A stretch of DNA of 64,000 nucleotides from Proteromonas lacertae (taxonomy: Eukaryota). Position numbers and translations under genes: made by a program. Each line of letters starts with the position of its first letter. The stretch's first letter is position 1. Below, piece after piece: positions 13,937 to 26,738 of this stretch. The stretch covers positions 62,001 through 126,000 of the forward strand of contig NGBS01000311.1 of the NCBI GenBank assembly GCA_002245135.1, in the 5' to 3' direction. The notes beneath the pieces were generated by a model. It was not told where the DNA came from, did no database searches, and saw only the letters and a list, made by a program, of their open reading frames with translations.

Positions 13937-16173
13937 ATGAAGGTTGATATTGAGATTATTGGAACTGCAAAAGAAGATTCGCCATCTTCTTTTGTTTATC
14001 ATACTGAAAATTATAGGTATTGTTCATAAAAGTTCAAATTTTGTCTATAGTTTTTTATTCAATGCTGGTGAAGGTACCCAACGTATGTCTCTGGAGAATA
14101 AGATAAAATTATCAAAAGTACAGCATATATTCTTATCGAATTTGAGTTTAGAATGCTGTGGTGGTCTTCTTGGTATTTTATTCGTTTTATAAATGTTTAT
14201 AGGGATGTTACTTACTGTCAATGATATGGGTAAGAAGAATATAACAGTGCATGGTCCACCAGGAACAATTAATTACATTAATTCACTGCGTAAGTTTTTA
14301 ATGATGAGATCAACATTTAATTTGAAAGTAATTGAGTTTGATGAAACAACTACATCAGTCACCTATGATGAATTCACATTTAGAGCAGTATTATTAAAGC
14401 ATGAAAATAGTACTACAGAAAGTGATGAAACTACCTTCAAAAATGACACATTGCTATATTTCATTGAAGTAAAATTAAAAGGAACATTCTTAGCAGCAAA
14501 AGCACAACATTTTGGTATTCCAAAAGGTAAATTATGGGGTGAATTATCAAGAGGAAATACAATTGATTATAATGGAAGAATTATTTATCCAGAAGAAGTA
14601 ATAGACCAATCAGAAATTTCTCCTGTTGTTGGATATTTGACATTACCTTCACTTGGATATATGATATCATTAATACAAAAATTACCATTTATCAAAAAGT
14701 TTTATGAAGAAGAAAAAGAAAAGAATAGGAAAGAGATATTGTATTTTATTCATAATACTCCATTTGATGTATTAAATTATAATCAATATAAAGAGTTATT
14801 AAACATGTTGCAGGAGTTAGAAAATGAGAATAATACAAATATAATTCATTTGTTAATAAATAAAGTGATGTGTGAACAAATACCACCATTTGTAGCTCAA
14901 TATGCTTTATTAAAAGTATATAATAAAATCATACCAAATCAAGTTTCCATTCCATATGTTCCAACCAATACAAATGATGATACTTTAGTAATAAATAATT
15001 CTGAAAATATTAAAATGTTAAAGAAATATATTGTAGTTGATCAATTAATGGTAGTTCATATTTTACCTTCAAAATTAAAAGGAACAACAGACAATTCCAG
15101 AATAATCAAATTACCAACAGATGAAGAGATAAATGAATCATATAACAACAAATTAATAGAAGAAACACTGGAGAAATATAATTGGAAAGAGCAATATAAT
15201 AATTATATATCTCATGAAAATAACTCATCAGCTTTACCATCCAATACAAGAATAGTATTTTGTGGAACAGGTTGTGCTTTACCATCCAAGTTTCGTAATG
15301 TTAGTGGATTATATATGAATATTGATAACAAATATGGAATGTTCTTTGATTGTGGTGAAGGTAGTTATGGTCAATTATACAGAGCTTATGGTGAAGAAAG
15401 AATAAATGAAGTGATTAGGAATATGAAGTTGATTTATATATCACACAACCATGTTGATCATCATTTAGGTGTTTCAAAAATTATATCGTTACAAAGTACA
15501 TCAAATCCAATTACTATAATAGGTGGTGAATTGTTAATGAATTATTTGAATGAATATTCATTAATAGAGAATAGGTTAAGAAATAAATATAATTATATTT
15601 TAGTGACTGAATTTAATGAAAAGAAATCAATAAAAGGAATATTTAACAATGAAGAGGATATTACTATTCAAACTGTAAAAGTAGCTCATTGTGAAGATAG
15701 TCATGCTATATTTTTACAACATAACCAAGCCAATGGCAAACCTTACAGTATTTTATATTCAGGTGATTGTAATGCAGCTTTACATACAGAAAAGTTTTAT
15801 GAAATTGCACAAGTATATATATTTTTATTGTTAATAGAATGCTACACTGATGATTCATGAAGGTACATTTATTGATGCTAAACTAGCTGATGCTAAATTT
15901 CACACAACAATCAATCAAGTGTTAGAAACAGGAAAGAAGTTGAATGCATATAGAATCATCACCACTCATTTCAGTCAAAGATATCCAAAGACATATCTGT
16001 TTGTTACAGATGAAGAGAGAGAAAAAGCACATAATGGTGGTAAATATCTTACTGCTAATGATTTGTTATCAATTCCACTATGCTCTCTAGAATGGCTATT
16101 CAACATTGTACCAATACTGGAAGATATCTTCAAAGATACAGAAGATGAGGATGTTAAAGATACAGATGAATAG
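13937..16173 (+). CDS. ELAC2: Ribonuclease Z, long form (tRNase ZL)
   Basis: FLFNAGEGTQR pseudo-motif, GTGCALPSKFRNVSG, DCGEGSYGQL, SHNHVDHHLG, YSGD, IHEGT, THFSQRYPK; three introns. Confidence 0.93.
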
Positions 16174-16314
16174 CATGTCAATTTTTGTTTCTTAACATCC
16201 TTTGAGATTTAAGAATGTTGTATGTTGAGTGTTTAGTTTTTTTTTGAAAATTTTTAAAAATTCATAATAAAAATATAGTCGTTTTAAACAATCAAAAAAA
16301 TATATCTTTAAAAT

Positions 16315-18955
16315 ATGAAGCGAGCACCTCCTAAATCTGCTCCAAAAGGTCATAAACGATCTACCAGCAGTATTGGCCAGGATGATAGCGAAGGTTATGA
16401 TTATTTGATCCATAATCTGTCAAATTCTAATCAAGTATGAATGAATTAATAATGTTTAGATTGTTCCCACTTTAAGAACGGTAATAGAGCAAAAATGGGA
16501 AATGAAATTCCACGAAACACTTGAGAAGTTTATATCTGAAGAAGATGGGTATATTGTGTTTATATAATATTATAATAGCACTATTCGTGAAGTGTGTAAT
16601 ACATATTTCAGAGATTTTGGTACTTCAGTCCAGCAGATTCTTTCAATGAAGAGAGATGCAACTAATTTGAAGGTATTTTAAATTGTTATTATGTAATATA
16701 AATAGAATGAATTAAAGGGATTCCATCAAGGAGTAGGAAAAACTATAATGAAGTATAAATTCAAATCAATTATAATTTACCTTTGTATAGATTAAGTGAA
16801 AAAGCTAAAGATCTAAGCAGCACAAAATTAAAAACCAAAAACATGGATTCAAGTGTAGATATCCTTCAAATCTGTCAAAAGATAATCAATATAGCTAAAA
16901 AATCTCAAGAGCAAATGAGTGATAGAAAGATCTTCCCAGCTTTGAAATCAATGGATGCCATGAGAACGCTGTTAGTGAAATTACCAACATGCCAATTTAA
17001 AAATCATATGAATTCATTTATACAGCAGACAGTGAATAATGTTAAAGTATTTTATTATATAATATAATATTCATTTTATTTTATATTAAAATATAAATAG
17101 CATTCTGCAGTTAAAGATTTCGAAGATTGGGCAACAAATGTAGGTTCAGCAGCTGAAGATCAAGGTAGAGCAATCTTCCAAGAATATTTACGAGTTCATG
17201 CTCAAATGAAAGAAAGTGAAATAATCGAATTAACAGGTGAAATGACAAATAGCCATACTCGATATACAAATGATTTACATGAAATAGATTTCACCGTAGT
17301 TTATGAATCAATACATATCCACGAATATTTACACTGTAAAGATGATTTTGTTCGTCAATATAAAGAGATTCGAACTCATTATTGTGATCCAAATAGTCTA
17401 GCGAATTGTAATTTAAAGAAAATTGATAGTAATGAATTCTTATCGAATTATCCATCACTATTATTTAGAGTGATGGGATTCTTTATAACTGAATTGAGTT
17501 TAATCCAACAACATGCTTCATTATTTACAATCGAAGAATTACAATCGTTATGGCATAAATTTTGGAATGCTTTTGATGTAGTTTTAAAAGCACAAATTCC
17601 ATTATTTGATGATCCAAAGAATCTATTTCAAATGAGAGTATATAGAATTATATTATATATATTATATATTATTATTATTATAAATATAGTCATTTCTGAA
17701 TTATTTCCGATTAATAATGGCTGGACATCCATTCAATTTCCCTACAGATGCTGTGATGTCTTCATTATCATTATATTTAAATACTTTTGGAGATTTAGTA
17801 ATTCGTGGATCTCAGAAAGAAGTAACTTCGATAATAATAGATGAAGATTTCTCTCCTTATATAGTAAATGATATAAGCGAATATCATAATGTAATAGAGA
17901 GATATGGAATAGAAGATGAAGAAATGAATGGTAAAATAGGAAGTGATATAACATTCCCACTTAGTCATTCATTTACGAAATTAGTTCCCAAAGTATGTCA
18001 ATTAGTAGAGAAATCAATGAATCAATTATTAGAATATATTGATAAAGATGCTGAAGATGAAGGAGTAACGAAAGATATAAGTGATGTATTGAGTAAAGTG
18101 TTAATTGATGTAAATAGACAATTATATGGAATGATTCAACGTCAGACTGATGTTCATATTCCTTATGCTTGTTATGTATTACTAGATGCTAATTTCTTAT
18201 CTAAAGCTTGTGTGAGATTTGATGAAGTATTAAGAAATGGTTTTTCCTTTACGAATATAAATATAGGTGCAAATAATGGAGGATATCATCAAATTCAATA
18301 CTTTGATGATTGTCGTGTAGAATTTAGTCAAACTGAATTGGCGATGCATGAGATGATACCTCGATTAATCGATAAACAAGTGAATATGTATATAAAAGAA
18401 GGAGGTAATATCGATTGGTATACTGATAAAATCAGTCCAAATGGAAATGCTTATGTGAATGATATAGTAGATTATATTCAAGCAACATTTTTCACTTTAA
18501 ATAGTTTTCCTGAATCTTTAAAACAATCAATAATATTCAACACAATGAGACAATTATCAAAGAAATTAATCTCATTAGTAACTGATGTGAATGTAAAGAA
18601 AGTGAGTATGATGGGTTTATTTAATTTAAATTACGATTTATTAAAATTAGAACAATTTGCTGAAGAATTAGAAATAGCGAATTTACGATCTTGTTTTGTT
18701 CCACATCGTCAATTGATGGATTTATTACTATCTGGTGAAGTTGGAAGATATATGTCTTATCAATTAAGGCAAACATTATATCCAGAGATAGATATGGAAG
18801 CTTTACATGATATTTTAGTGAAATATCGAGAACCTGTAAATGCTAGTAATTTATTTAATAGCATATTAGGAAAAGATAAGGATAAGATAAAGATGCCTCA
18901 AATCAAGAAGAAAGAATGTGAAGATTTAATAAAATACTTAGAGAATGAGATGTGA
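16315..18955 (+). CDS. SEC15: Exocyst subunit Sec15/EXOC6 (multi-exon)
   Basis: IREVCNTYFRDF at the N-terminus, IDFTVVYESIHIHEYL, GFFITE, C-terminal NLNYDLLKLEQFA...RQLMDLLL. Confidence 0.85.
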
Positions 18956-19044
18956 TAAATATAATTAATAAAACTATATAAATGTTTATTGTTAATTGTT
19001 AATTGTATTTGTTTAATGAGTTTATTGAATTAAAAAAAGCTTGA

Positions 19045-19148
19045 TTCTTGTTTGACATTTCAAAATGAAATTTTCAAAAATTGAAGATGTTGCTGAGTAT
19101 TTAAAAAGTGCTTATGATATTGATTTGAATGTATGAGTTATATGTGAT
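19045..19148 (+). repeat. 104-bp direct repeat, left copy (kinase-LRR 5' end)
   Basis: Matches 32173-32276 with 3 mismatches. Confidence 0.95.
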
Positions 19149-19360
19149 GTACATAGTGTAAATATTAAATCAACTATATTAACTGTAAAGATATGTGTAA
19201 AAATGTTATTATTCCATGACAAATTCATATAGATCAATTATATTATTGCATGATATTAGAATGATGTTATTGTATAAAATATTTAGATGATATTAGTCTA
19301 TTATATAATTATAATCAGTGGTCAAGAAGAATATATTATGCAATTGTATAATAATCATTT
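19065..19360 (+). pseudogene. Kinase-LRR family remnant
   Basis: First exon MKFSKIEDVAEYLKSAYDIDLN, then degraded VIIP*QIHIDQLYYCMILE*CYC resembling YIIPSQLQMIDRSVAIIERSYY of the 32193 gene. Confidence 0.6.
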
Positions 19361-19430
19361 ATTAATTACATTAATAGTATAATAATATTTAATAATTCTA
19401 TTAATAATACATATTTGAGGTTTTTATTTA

Positions 19431-20255
19431 ATGTTAGATAAAATGAATATATATATATCAATTGTATTTATTATTTTCGTCAGCTTAATTATTTTTATAT
19501 ATTATATTTATATTAAGAGAAAAAAGAATATTATTTATAAAACAGTTAATAAGTTTCCTATATTAACTATATCTATTACAGCATGTAATAGGTATAATTA
19601 CTTAAATCAGACATTAAATGCTTTTTATAGGCATTTACATTATTATGAAAAAGAAATAGACTACAACATACTGTTTTTTGATCAGGGAACTGTTGAAAGA
19701 GAAGAAGTAATTAAAAAATACAATATTAAGAACTCATTTCTATTTAATCCAAGTGGTATGGAATTGAGTTTTGATACTCTATTTTCATATTTATATACAG
19801 AGTATGTATTTCTACTTGAAGAAGATTGGGTTGTTGATAATAATGTTGAAAAGGAAATTTTCCATCCATCATTTTTATATGAAGCAATACTATTATTATC
19901 TGTTGTAAAGAAAATATATGGAATAGTAATTAGAGAAACTGATCATTTTCAAATACATGAAACAATGAATGTAACAACTAAAATGGGTAAACATACTTTG
20001 TATATTGGATTATTAAAATTACAGTATGCTTTTACGAATGGTGCAAGTGTATATAGGACAAAAAATCTAAAGGAAATTGGTGTTTATACAGGTGAAAAAC
20101 TAGTTTCAGATATATTCTTAAATAAAGGATATAAATTAGGCTTTACATATAAAGGAAGAAATGGAAGTAAAGATGATATTCATATTCAACATGTGATGGA
20201 TCATATAGGTTTTCGTACATCTAAATCTGCAATATGTAGTGTAGCTTTATATTAA
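19431..20255 (+). CDS. Type II membrane GT-A fold (GT2-like) glycosyltransferase
   Basis: N-terminal TM; ITACNRYNYLNQTL, FDQG, YVFLLEEDW; intronless. Confidence 0.7.
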   Translation: MLDKMNIYISIVFIIFVSLIIFIYYIYIKRKKNIIYKTVNKFPILTISITACNRYNYLNQTLNAFYRHLHYYEKEIDYNILFFDQGTVEREEVIKKYNIKNSFLFNPSGMELSFDTLFSYLYTEYVFLLEEDWVVDNNVEKEIFHPSFLYEAILLLSVVKKIYGIVIRETDHFQIHETMNVTTKMGKHTLYIGLLKLQYAFTNGASVYRTKNLKEIGVYTGEKLVSDIFLNKGYKLGFTYKGRNGSKDDIHIQHVMDHIGFRTSKSAICSVALY

Positions 20256-20326
20256 AAATCGCAAGTATAAATATGGATTTTTGTTAATTATTCAATGTTA
20301 TTCTATTAATTTTATTAGTTTTTAAT

Positions 20327-20410
20327 AAACACGAAAGTGAGAGGCACAACAGATAGACGCTTATTTTGGAAAAGCACGTCAATTTCGTGTTTTGTGCCTT
20401 TCGTTGTCCA
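20327..20410. other. GC-enriched intergenic element with crossed inverted repeats (pseudoknot or switch-like)
   Basis: AAACACGAAA (20327) pairs with TTTCGTGTTT (20383); AGGCACAA (20342) with TTGTGCCT (20392); inner stem GACGCTT/AAGCACGTC. Confidence 0.55.
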
Positions 20411-20766
20411 GTTTATAATATTACTCAATATTCAAAATCTAAAATCATTTTTGATTAACTCTGAAAGCGTAAAGTTAGAGAGTTAGATGGATGATAGCTA
20501 AATTGCAGAAATCTAGTAAATGTTATACAAAGAACATTATCTAAATATGGTATTTCATTAGGCAAGGTTTATAATATTTCTTTAAAACATTCAGGTGTTG
20601 TACCAAACACTATAAAAATTAATTTTTGTTATACTATGTGAATGTCTTCGTTTGTAAGGATAAAGTTAACAAATAATGAAAGAACTAATATTAAAAATAA
20701 AATATAAATTGGATATTCTGACAACATTCCAGCTATAATATAAGAATATGAATTATTTACATCTAA

Positions 20767-21558
20767 ATGGTTTATTTATTTATATTACTGATTATATGCC
20801 TTTCTATGTTTGTTATTATTTTATTGCAATATAGTAACAAAAATAGATTTGATTTAAAGAAATTTGTCGTAAATAAAGAGATGAAGAAAGAAATATCATC
20901 ACTATTATCAAGTTGTAATACACAAAATAAAAATGAAAGTGAAATATACAGCCAAGGAGATTATGTGAAATTTATGAATAATTTGTCTTGTAAGTGTAAA
21001 GGAATTGGATATTGGGGTGGATTTTGTTTAAATAAAGATAGAATATATGTGGGAGGTAATCATGAGCATGATGTTGGTTTAGCAAATATCTTAGCAGAGA
21101 TATTTCAAAACAAAACGGTTGTTGATTTGGGATCTGGTTTAGGATGGTATTGCCCAATTATATCTAAAAAATCCAAAGTGTGTGATCAATATGATGGATC
21201 AGTTAATATAGAAGAAGCTACTAATGGTAGAGTTAAATATTTAAATTTAGCTCAGCCAATAGAGTTTGATTGTAATTATGATATAGTAATGTCACTTGAA
21301 GTAGCTGAACATATACCACAAACATATGAAGAAGTATATGTGAATAATCTTGTAAAGTGTAGTAGAGAAGGAATACTAATAACATGGAGTAGAATTGGTC
21401 AAGGAGGACATTTTCATGTAAATAATAAAGATAGAAATGATGTAATTAGATTATTTGAGAGTAAAGGATTGAGATATATAAATGAAACTACTTACATGAT
21501 AAAAAATACAACAAAAATAGATTGGTTGAGGGATAATGTATTATATTTTTCAAAATAA
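20767..21558 (+). CDS. Type II membrane class I SAM-dependent methyltransferase
   Basis: N-terminal TM; VVDLGSGLG, SLEVAEHIP, GQGGHFHVN. Confidence 0.85.
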   Translation: MVYLFILLIICLSMFVIILLQYSNKNRFDLKKFVVNKEMKKEISSLLSSCNTQNKNESEIYSQGDYVKFMNNLSCKCKGIGYWGGFCLNKDRIYVGGNHEHDVGLANILAEIFQNKTVVDLGSGLGWYCPIISKKSKVCDQYDGSVNIEEATNGRVKYLNLAQPIEFDCNYDIVMSLEVAEHIPQTYEEVYVNNLVKCSREGILITWSRIGQGGHFHVNNKDRNDVIRLFESKGLRYINETTYMIKNTTKIDWLRDNVLYFSK

Positions 21559-21585
21559 CATCTCTCTCACTTTGTTATAGAAGTA
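20874..21585 (+). repeat. 712-bp inverted repeat, arm 1
   Basis: Reverse complement of 30902-31617, apart from a few substitutions and one 4-nt insertion. Confidence 0.95.
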
Positions 21586-21674
21586 TAGATTTAATGTTAT
21601 TATTTATCATTATTATAAAAACATTACAAGAAAAATTGTTGTAAATGAAATACTAGTAAATAATATTAACCACA

Positions 21675-22119
21675 ATGACTTTAGATAATACAAATACAAA
21701 TAAGGGAGTATTTAATATTTATTATTTTAGTAATGTTAATTTTAATGTATTTGTATAATAATAATCATAATAAAGAATGTGTAATTAATGATGTAATAAA
21801 CTCACACATTCTTCCAATCTATAAATTAGGTAAAAACAAGCATATCACATCAGCTCATTATATAGATTATGAAAATTATATCAATTTAATTATTTATTCA
21901 GATTCAAAAAATATTGAATTTAGCAGATGTGTAATTGTGTATCATAAATTTAAAGACGAATGTAAAGCCAAAATGCAATATGAAGGAAGTAATTACTATT
22001 ATCGAATAGAGTTAAAAACTAGAAAGGATAAAAAGCCTTTGCTTTTGTTTTTGAATAATTTAACAATAAAATTTAACAATAAAAAACGAATAGACACAGA
22101 TTCATTTGTAGTGTGTTAA
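21675..22119 (+). pseudogene. Chimeric truncated GT92 fragment with a different signal anchor
   Basis: 21787-22116 equals 25023-25352 (1 mismatch seen); different N-terminal TM; stop right after the duplicated block. Confidence 0.8.
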
Positions 22120-22199
22120 TGTCATTATTTTATGAATCTAAACCAATAAGTATTAATACAAAGAATAATATAATATACTAGTAATAAATTGGGATGAAT

Positions 22200-22893
22200 T
22201 TGATTTATTTTATCATATACCAAATTATAATATAACATCAAAGTCATACAATTCTAGTTATTTGTTTTCATTATGCCCATTTAATAGTGAATCGCTAAAT
22301 AGTATAAAAGAGTTGAAGTATATATCATTTACATACATATAGTGTGATTTATTAGTAGGAATAATAAATAACTTAAGATTATCTAAGAATCTAAAGGATA
22401 TATTCAACAAAATGTTAATCGTTAATAAACATATAACAAAAGATGTTAATCTGTTTTTATCAAAGTATAGGTTAGTAGATTATATTGGAGTGCAAATGAG
22501 AGTAGGAAATGATGATTTACATGAAAGACAATTTTCAGTTTATATGATATAAAAATGATGATAGATTTGGCAAGAAGAAATAAGAAATATAAGAAATGGT
22601 TTTTAACAGGAGATTCACTGAGATTAAAACTGAATATAAGCAAAACATATAAACAAGTCATTTTATTTTCCAAGAACATATCTATACACTTTGCTTATAA
22701 TTTAAAAGAATCATCAATTATTATTGAACATGAAATGTTGTCAAAATCAAAATTTCTTATAATTTCAAAAAGTACATATGGATTAACATCTATGCTAAAG
22801 TCTGGTTTGTTATTATCCAAACATAATTTGAGTTATGAAGTAGAATATGGGTTAATATTTAATATGAAAAGTAAGTTTAGCAAGTTTCAGTAA
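22200..22893 (+). pseudogene. Fucosyltransferase-like (GT-B) remnant
   Basis: YIGVQMRVGND, WFLTGDS and LSKSKFLIISKSTYG resemble fucosyltransferase motifs I-III; in-frame stop and frameshift. Confidence 0.6.
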
Positions 22894-22901
22894 TATTTTA
22901 T

Positions 22902-23885
22902 ATGGATAGAATTAATGAGTATGGTATTATATACTTACTTATATTAATTATAATAATGATTATATATATTATAATTTATGTAAACTATGATGAATCTGAG
23001 ATATTATTTAAAAGCATTGTCATGAAAGAATTGTTTTACATTAGAAATACAACCGATAATAACTTACCAATATTATATAGTAGAAGATACACATCTGAAT
23101 CATACTATGTGAAGAATAAGACATTAATCAAAATGGAGAATAAAACAGTGAATTATAATACAAACTTTATCAAAAGACAGTCTAAAATCTTAGTTGCAAT
23201 TCATTCTCACATATCATTGTTTTATCATAGATATGTCTTTAGAAAAATATACAAAATATATAGGGATATTCAAGTATTATTTTTTATAGCATTAGATTAT
23301 AATCAAACATTAAACTCTCAGTTGTTAAAAGAAATGAAAATTTATCAAGATATTGTTCTATTCAATTTCAATTGCAATTATTATAATCTACATTTTTTAA
23401 CATATAATTTTCTTAAATGGGTTAAGAAGTATAAAAGTTTGTATGATGTGATAGTTAAACAGGATACTGATACATTTGTTAATATTCATATACTTCAATT
23501 AATGATAAAACAAGTGTTAAATAAAAACAATAAATCATTTGTTTTAGGATATATATGGGGATATGAAAATGTGAATATAAGATATCCTAGCGGAATGTCA
23601 TATGTATTTTTATCAAAATCAATTGATAAATTAGTTGTTCATTTAGATGAAGAATTCGATAGAGTGTATTATGGTTATCCTGAAGATATGTTTTTTGGAA
23701 GATTGGCAAGAAGAGCAAATTTCGATTTTATTGATGCTAATTTTACCTTTAATTACACTATATATATAGAAATTCCTAATATTATATTTGATGCAAAAAA
23801 GATATATATGATTCACTGGTTGAGAATTTCTGAAATAGCATTTTTACATTTGAATTGCAGCAACAGAAGGAATTTCGAAGTATAA
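22902..23885 (+). CDS. GT31-like galactosyltransferase, type II membrane
   Basis: TM; EMKIYQDIV, IVKQDTDTFVN, YPSGMSY, PEDMFFG. Confidence 0.8.
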   Translation: MDRINEYGIIYLLILIIIMIIYIIIYVNYDESEILFKSIVMKELFYIRNTTDNNLPILYSRRYTSESYYVKNKTLIKMENKTVNYNTNFIKRQSKILVAIHSHISLFYHRYVFRKIYKIYRDIQVLFFIALDYNQTLNSQLLKEMKIYQDIVLFNFNCNYYNLHFLTYNFLKWVKKYKSLYDVIVKQDTDTFVNIHILQLMIKQVLNKNNKSFVLGYIWGYENVNIRYPSGMSYVFLSKSIDKLVVHLDEEFDRVYYGYPEDMFFGRLARRANFDFIDANFTFNYTIYIEIPNIIFDAKKIYMIHWLRISEIAFLHLNCSNRRNFEV

Positions 23886-23916
23886 TTTATATATAAATTC
23901 ATATTGGTTGTAAGAA

Positions 23917-24823
23917 ATGGAGTTTTTTGTTACTTTATTATTTCTTGTACTAATAACCATTATTGTAGTATTGTTATTCTATATTAAGATTAATAATAAA
24001 TCATGAAATAAATATAATAGAAATTATTCAAAGTATATAAAATATCTTGATCAGAAATGGGAAAATTTTGAATCAAGAAGAGGACGATTATCTGATCAAC
24101 ATATAAGAACACAGCTATTTCCGTTAATCAAAGAGATTATTCTAGTTTTATCAAAAAAATAATGTATATATGATATTGGTGGAAATATTGGAGATATAAC
24201 AGAAATGTTTAATAAATACTACCCTAACAATTACATATTCACTGTTGAACCTTTAGAAGCTAATTATAAAGAAATGAAATCAAGAATTAATAGAACCAAG
24301 AAGATTAAGCTTTACAACATTGCATTAGGATCATTTGATGGGAATAGAGTATCTAATACATTAAATAGTGGAGGTTTAGGAGATTATTTATATCCAGGAA
24401 GATTAATGAATGAATTTAACATTAAATATATGAAAACTGATTCATTTTATAAGAAATTTTATATATATATATATATATATATATCTTATAGCAAATAATA
24501 TGGAAATGCTCTTTTTCAAATTAGATACAGAAGGATTTGAAGATGATATTATGTACAATGCAAAGTATTTATTGGAAAATGAAAAAATCAAAATAATATA
24601 TTTAGAATATCATCAAGGATATTGTAAAGAGTATGAATCTAATCTAATTCATTATTTGAATAAATATGGTTTTAATACATATTTAGTGGGAAGTAATTTT
24701 CTATTAAGTACTAATGATTGTCCAAATTACTCATTGGATAGATTTAGTTTAGGTCATATTATAGGTTTTCATACCACAAAAGAAATTGAAAATGATTTTA
24801 TAAAGAAGTACAACAAGTCTTAG
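23917..24823 (+). pseudogene. FkbM-family methyltransferase, disrupted
   Basis: TM, YDIGGNIG, TVEPL, KLDTEGFE; in-frame TGA 24004 and TAA 24160; (TA)n intron lacking a GT donor. Confidence 0.75.
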
Positions 24824-24932
24824 TAAATATTTTATACTAAATGGTTATTATGTATTTGATTTTTGATTTTTAAACACTAAAGCTTGATGAAAGTTCAAGC
24901 TTACTTTTCAAATAGAATATTATAAGCAGAAT

Positions 24933-26123
24933 ATGAAAATAAGACTAATTATCATATTCGTTATATCTTTAGTTTTATTATCAATATGTTTGTATAGTAA
25001 GTATAATAATAGTTTTATAGGAAATGATGTAATAAACTCACACATTCTTCCAATCTATAAATTAGGTAAAAACAAGTATATCACATCAGCTCATTATATA
25101 GATTATGAAAATTATATCAATTTAATTATTTATTCAGATTCAAAAAATATTGAATTTAGCAGATGTGTAATTGTGTATCATAAATTTAAAGACGAATGTA
25201 AAGCCAAAATGCAATATGAAGGAAGTAATTACTATTATCGAATAGAGTTAAAAACTAGAAAGGATAAAAAGCCTTTGCTTTTGTTTTTGAATAATTTAAC
25301 AATAAAATTTAACAATAAAAAACGAATAGACACAGATTCATTTGTAGTGTGTATATCAATTGTAGTAAAACTAAAAAGGCCTCTTATGCTTATACAGTTG
25401 ATTGAATCATATAGAAAATTCGGAGTATCAAAAATTGTTGTAAATTATCAATCATCATCAGTAGATGTTATAAAGGTATTGAATTATTATAATCAAATGG
25501 GCGTTGTAGATATATATCAATATAATGATACTGTAGATGAGAGGTTTAGAGATATTGAAAATGATGTTAATCCATATATATATTATTTTCAAATATGGAA
25601 GATAAATCAATGTTATTTTGATTATAAAACTCCATCAAATCACATTATTGTATTAGATGTAGATGAAATTCTTTGGCCAGTTAAAGCATCTAATTATAAA
25701 GAGCTGTTTAAGTCATTACCAAAAATGGATTACTTTTTTTTGCATCAATTCTTTTACAAAATTGAAATTAATATCCCTAGAAATAAAGATCATACAACCG
25801 ATCTTACAGATGTGGATATATTTTCTATAAGGAATTATTGCCCTACTTCCAATGGAATAGCTCACAAATATATAATCCATAATACCAGCAAAATCACTAA
25901 AGCTGAAGTTCATTTTGTACAATATAAAGAAAATGTCAATCAGCAATATATACCCAATAATATTGCTTATGTTAGACATACCAGGCATTATGATGATAAT
26001 ATAAAAGTAATGTGTATTAATTCATCTATTACACATAATACATCAGCAGTTGAGAATAAACTTCATCTTTTATCCAAATCAGTTTATAAAAAAATATTGA
26101 ATAAGATATTTCTAGGGAGATAA
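24933..26123 (+). CDS. GT92 (DUF23)-like glycosyltransferase
   Basis: TM; FVVCIS, LIESYRKFGVSK, QIWKINQC, IIVLDVDEILWP, KYII, VHF. Confidence 0.8.
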   Translation: MKIRLIIIFVISLVLLSICLYSKYNNSFIGNDVINSHILPIYKLGKNKYITSAHYIDYENYINLIIYSDSKNIEFSRCVIVYHKFKDECKAKMQYEGSNYYYRIELKTRKDKKPLLLFLNNLTIKFNNKKRIDTDSFVVCISIVVKLKRPLMLIQLIESYRKFGVSKIVVNYQSSSVDVIKVLNYYNQMGVVDIYQYNDTVDERFRDIENDVNPYIYYFQIWKINQCYFDYKTPSNHIIVLDVDEILWPVKASNYKELFKSLPKMDYFFLHQFFYKIEINIPRNKDHTTDLTDVDIFSIRNYCPTSNGIAHKYIIHNTSKITKAEVHFVQYKENVNQQYIPNNIAYVRHTRHYDDNIKVMCINSSITHNTSAVENKLHLLSKSVYKKILNKIFLGR

Positions 26124-26738
26124 TTCTCAAAACTTTGTTAATACAACATTTTTATCTTCTTTTTTCAATAAAGTTGCGATTACATTCTATGTGTGTTTAA
26201 AATGTTGTTATTACCAGAATCATAAAAATAAAAATGGTTATATGTCACTCTAACACTATTAATTTCATCTTCTTTATACACACACTATAAATTGTCTGAT
26301 TATATTTTTTTCTAATTAATATCAAATTCACATTACCAAATATGTTCTATATGAAGCTTAATCATAAAAAATAAAATAAAAATATCAAGCTTTTGGCTTG
26401 TGATTTTTGATTTTTTTTTTTTTTGAATATTGTAATTAATGTTAGTCAATCAATTATATAGGTACTAGCATTTGAAATGATAAAGTTATGTAAGTCTTAC
26501 CAGAATGTTTGCGAATTTTTCTGTAATAGATTTAAAATTAACTCAATTAACTTGATAGTTAATCGCTTCCCTAAGCTGTATTATTAAGTTTAAATCATGC
26601 TTAATTTTTAGCAATTTTGAGGGTAATAAATGATTAATTTCTATATTACTATGAAGAGGCTGATATAAAGAATTTAATTACAGAGGTAGAAATAGAATAA
26701 TAAATTAAAATGGAATTATAAAGAATTAAAATAACAGA

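Noticed and set aside
20327..20410. HDV-like or hammerhead ribozyme, U5 snRNA, or integron attC
   Set aside because: Lacks the P1.1 GG and J4/2 of HDV, the CUGANGA core, the U5 GCCUUUUAC loop, and a proper RYYYAAC/GTTRRRY pair.
23917..24200. Stop-codon reassignment suggested by in-frame TGA/TAA
   Set aside because: TAA, TAG and TGA all terminate conserved genes in this window; in-frame stops occur only in decayed accessory copies.
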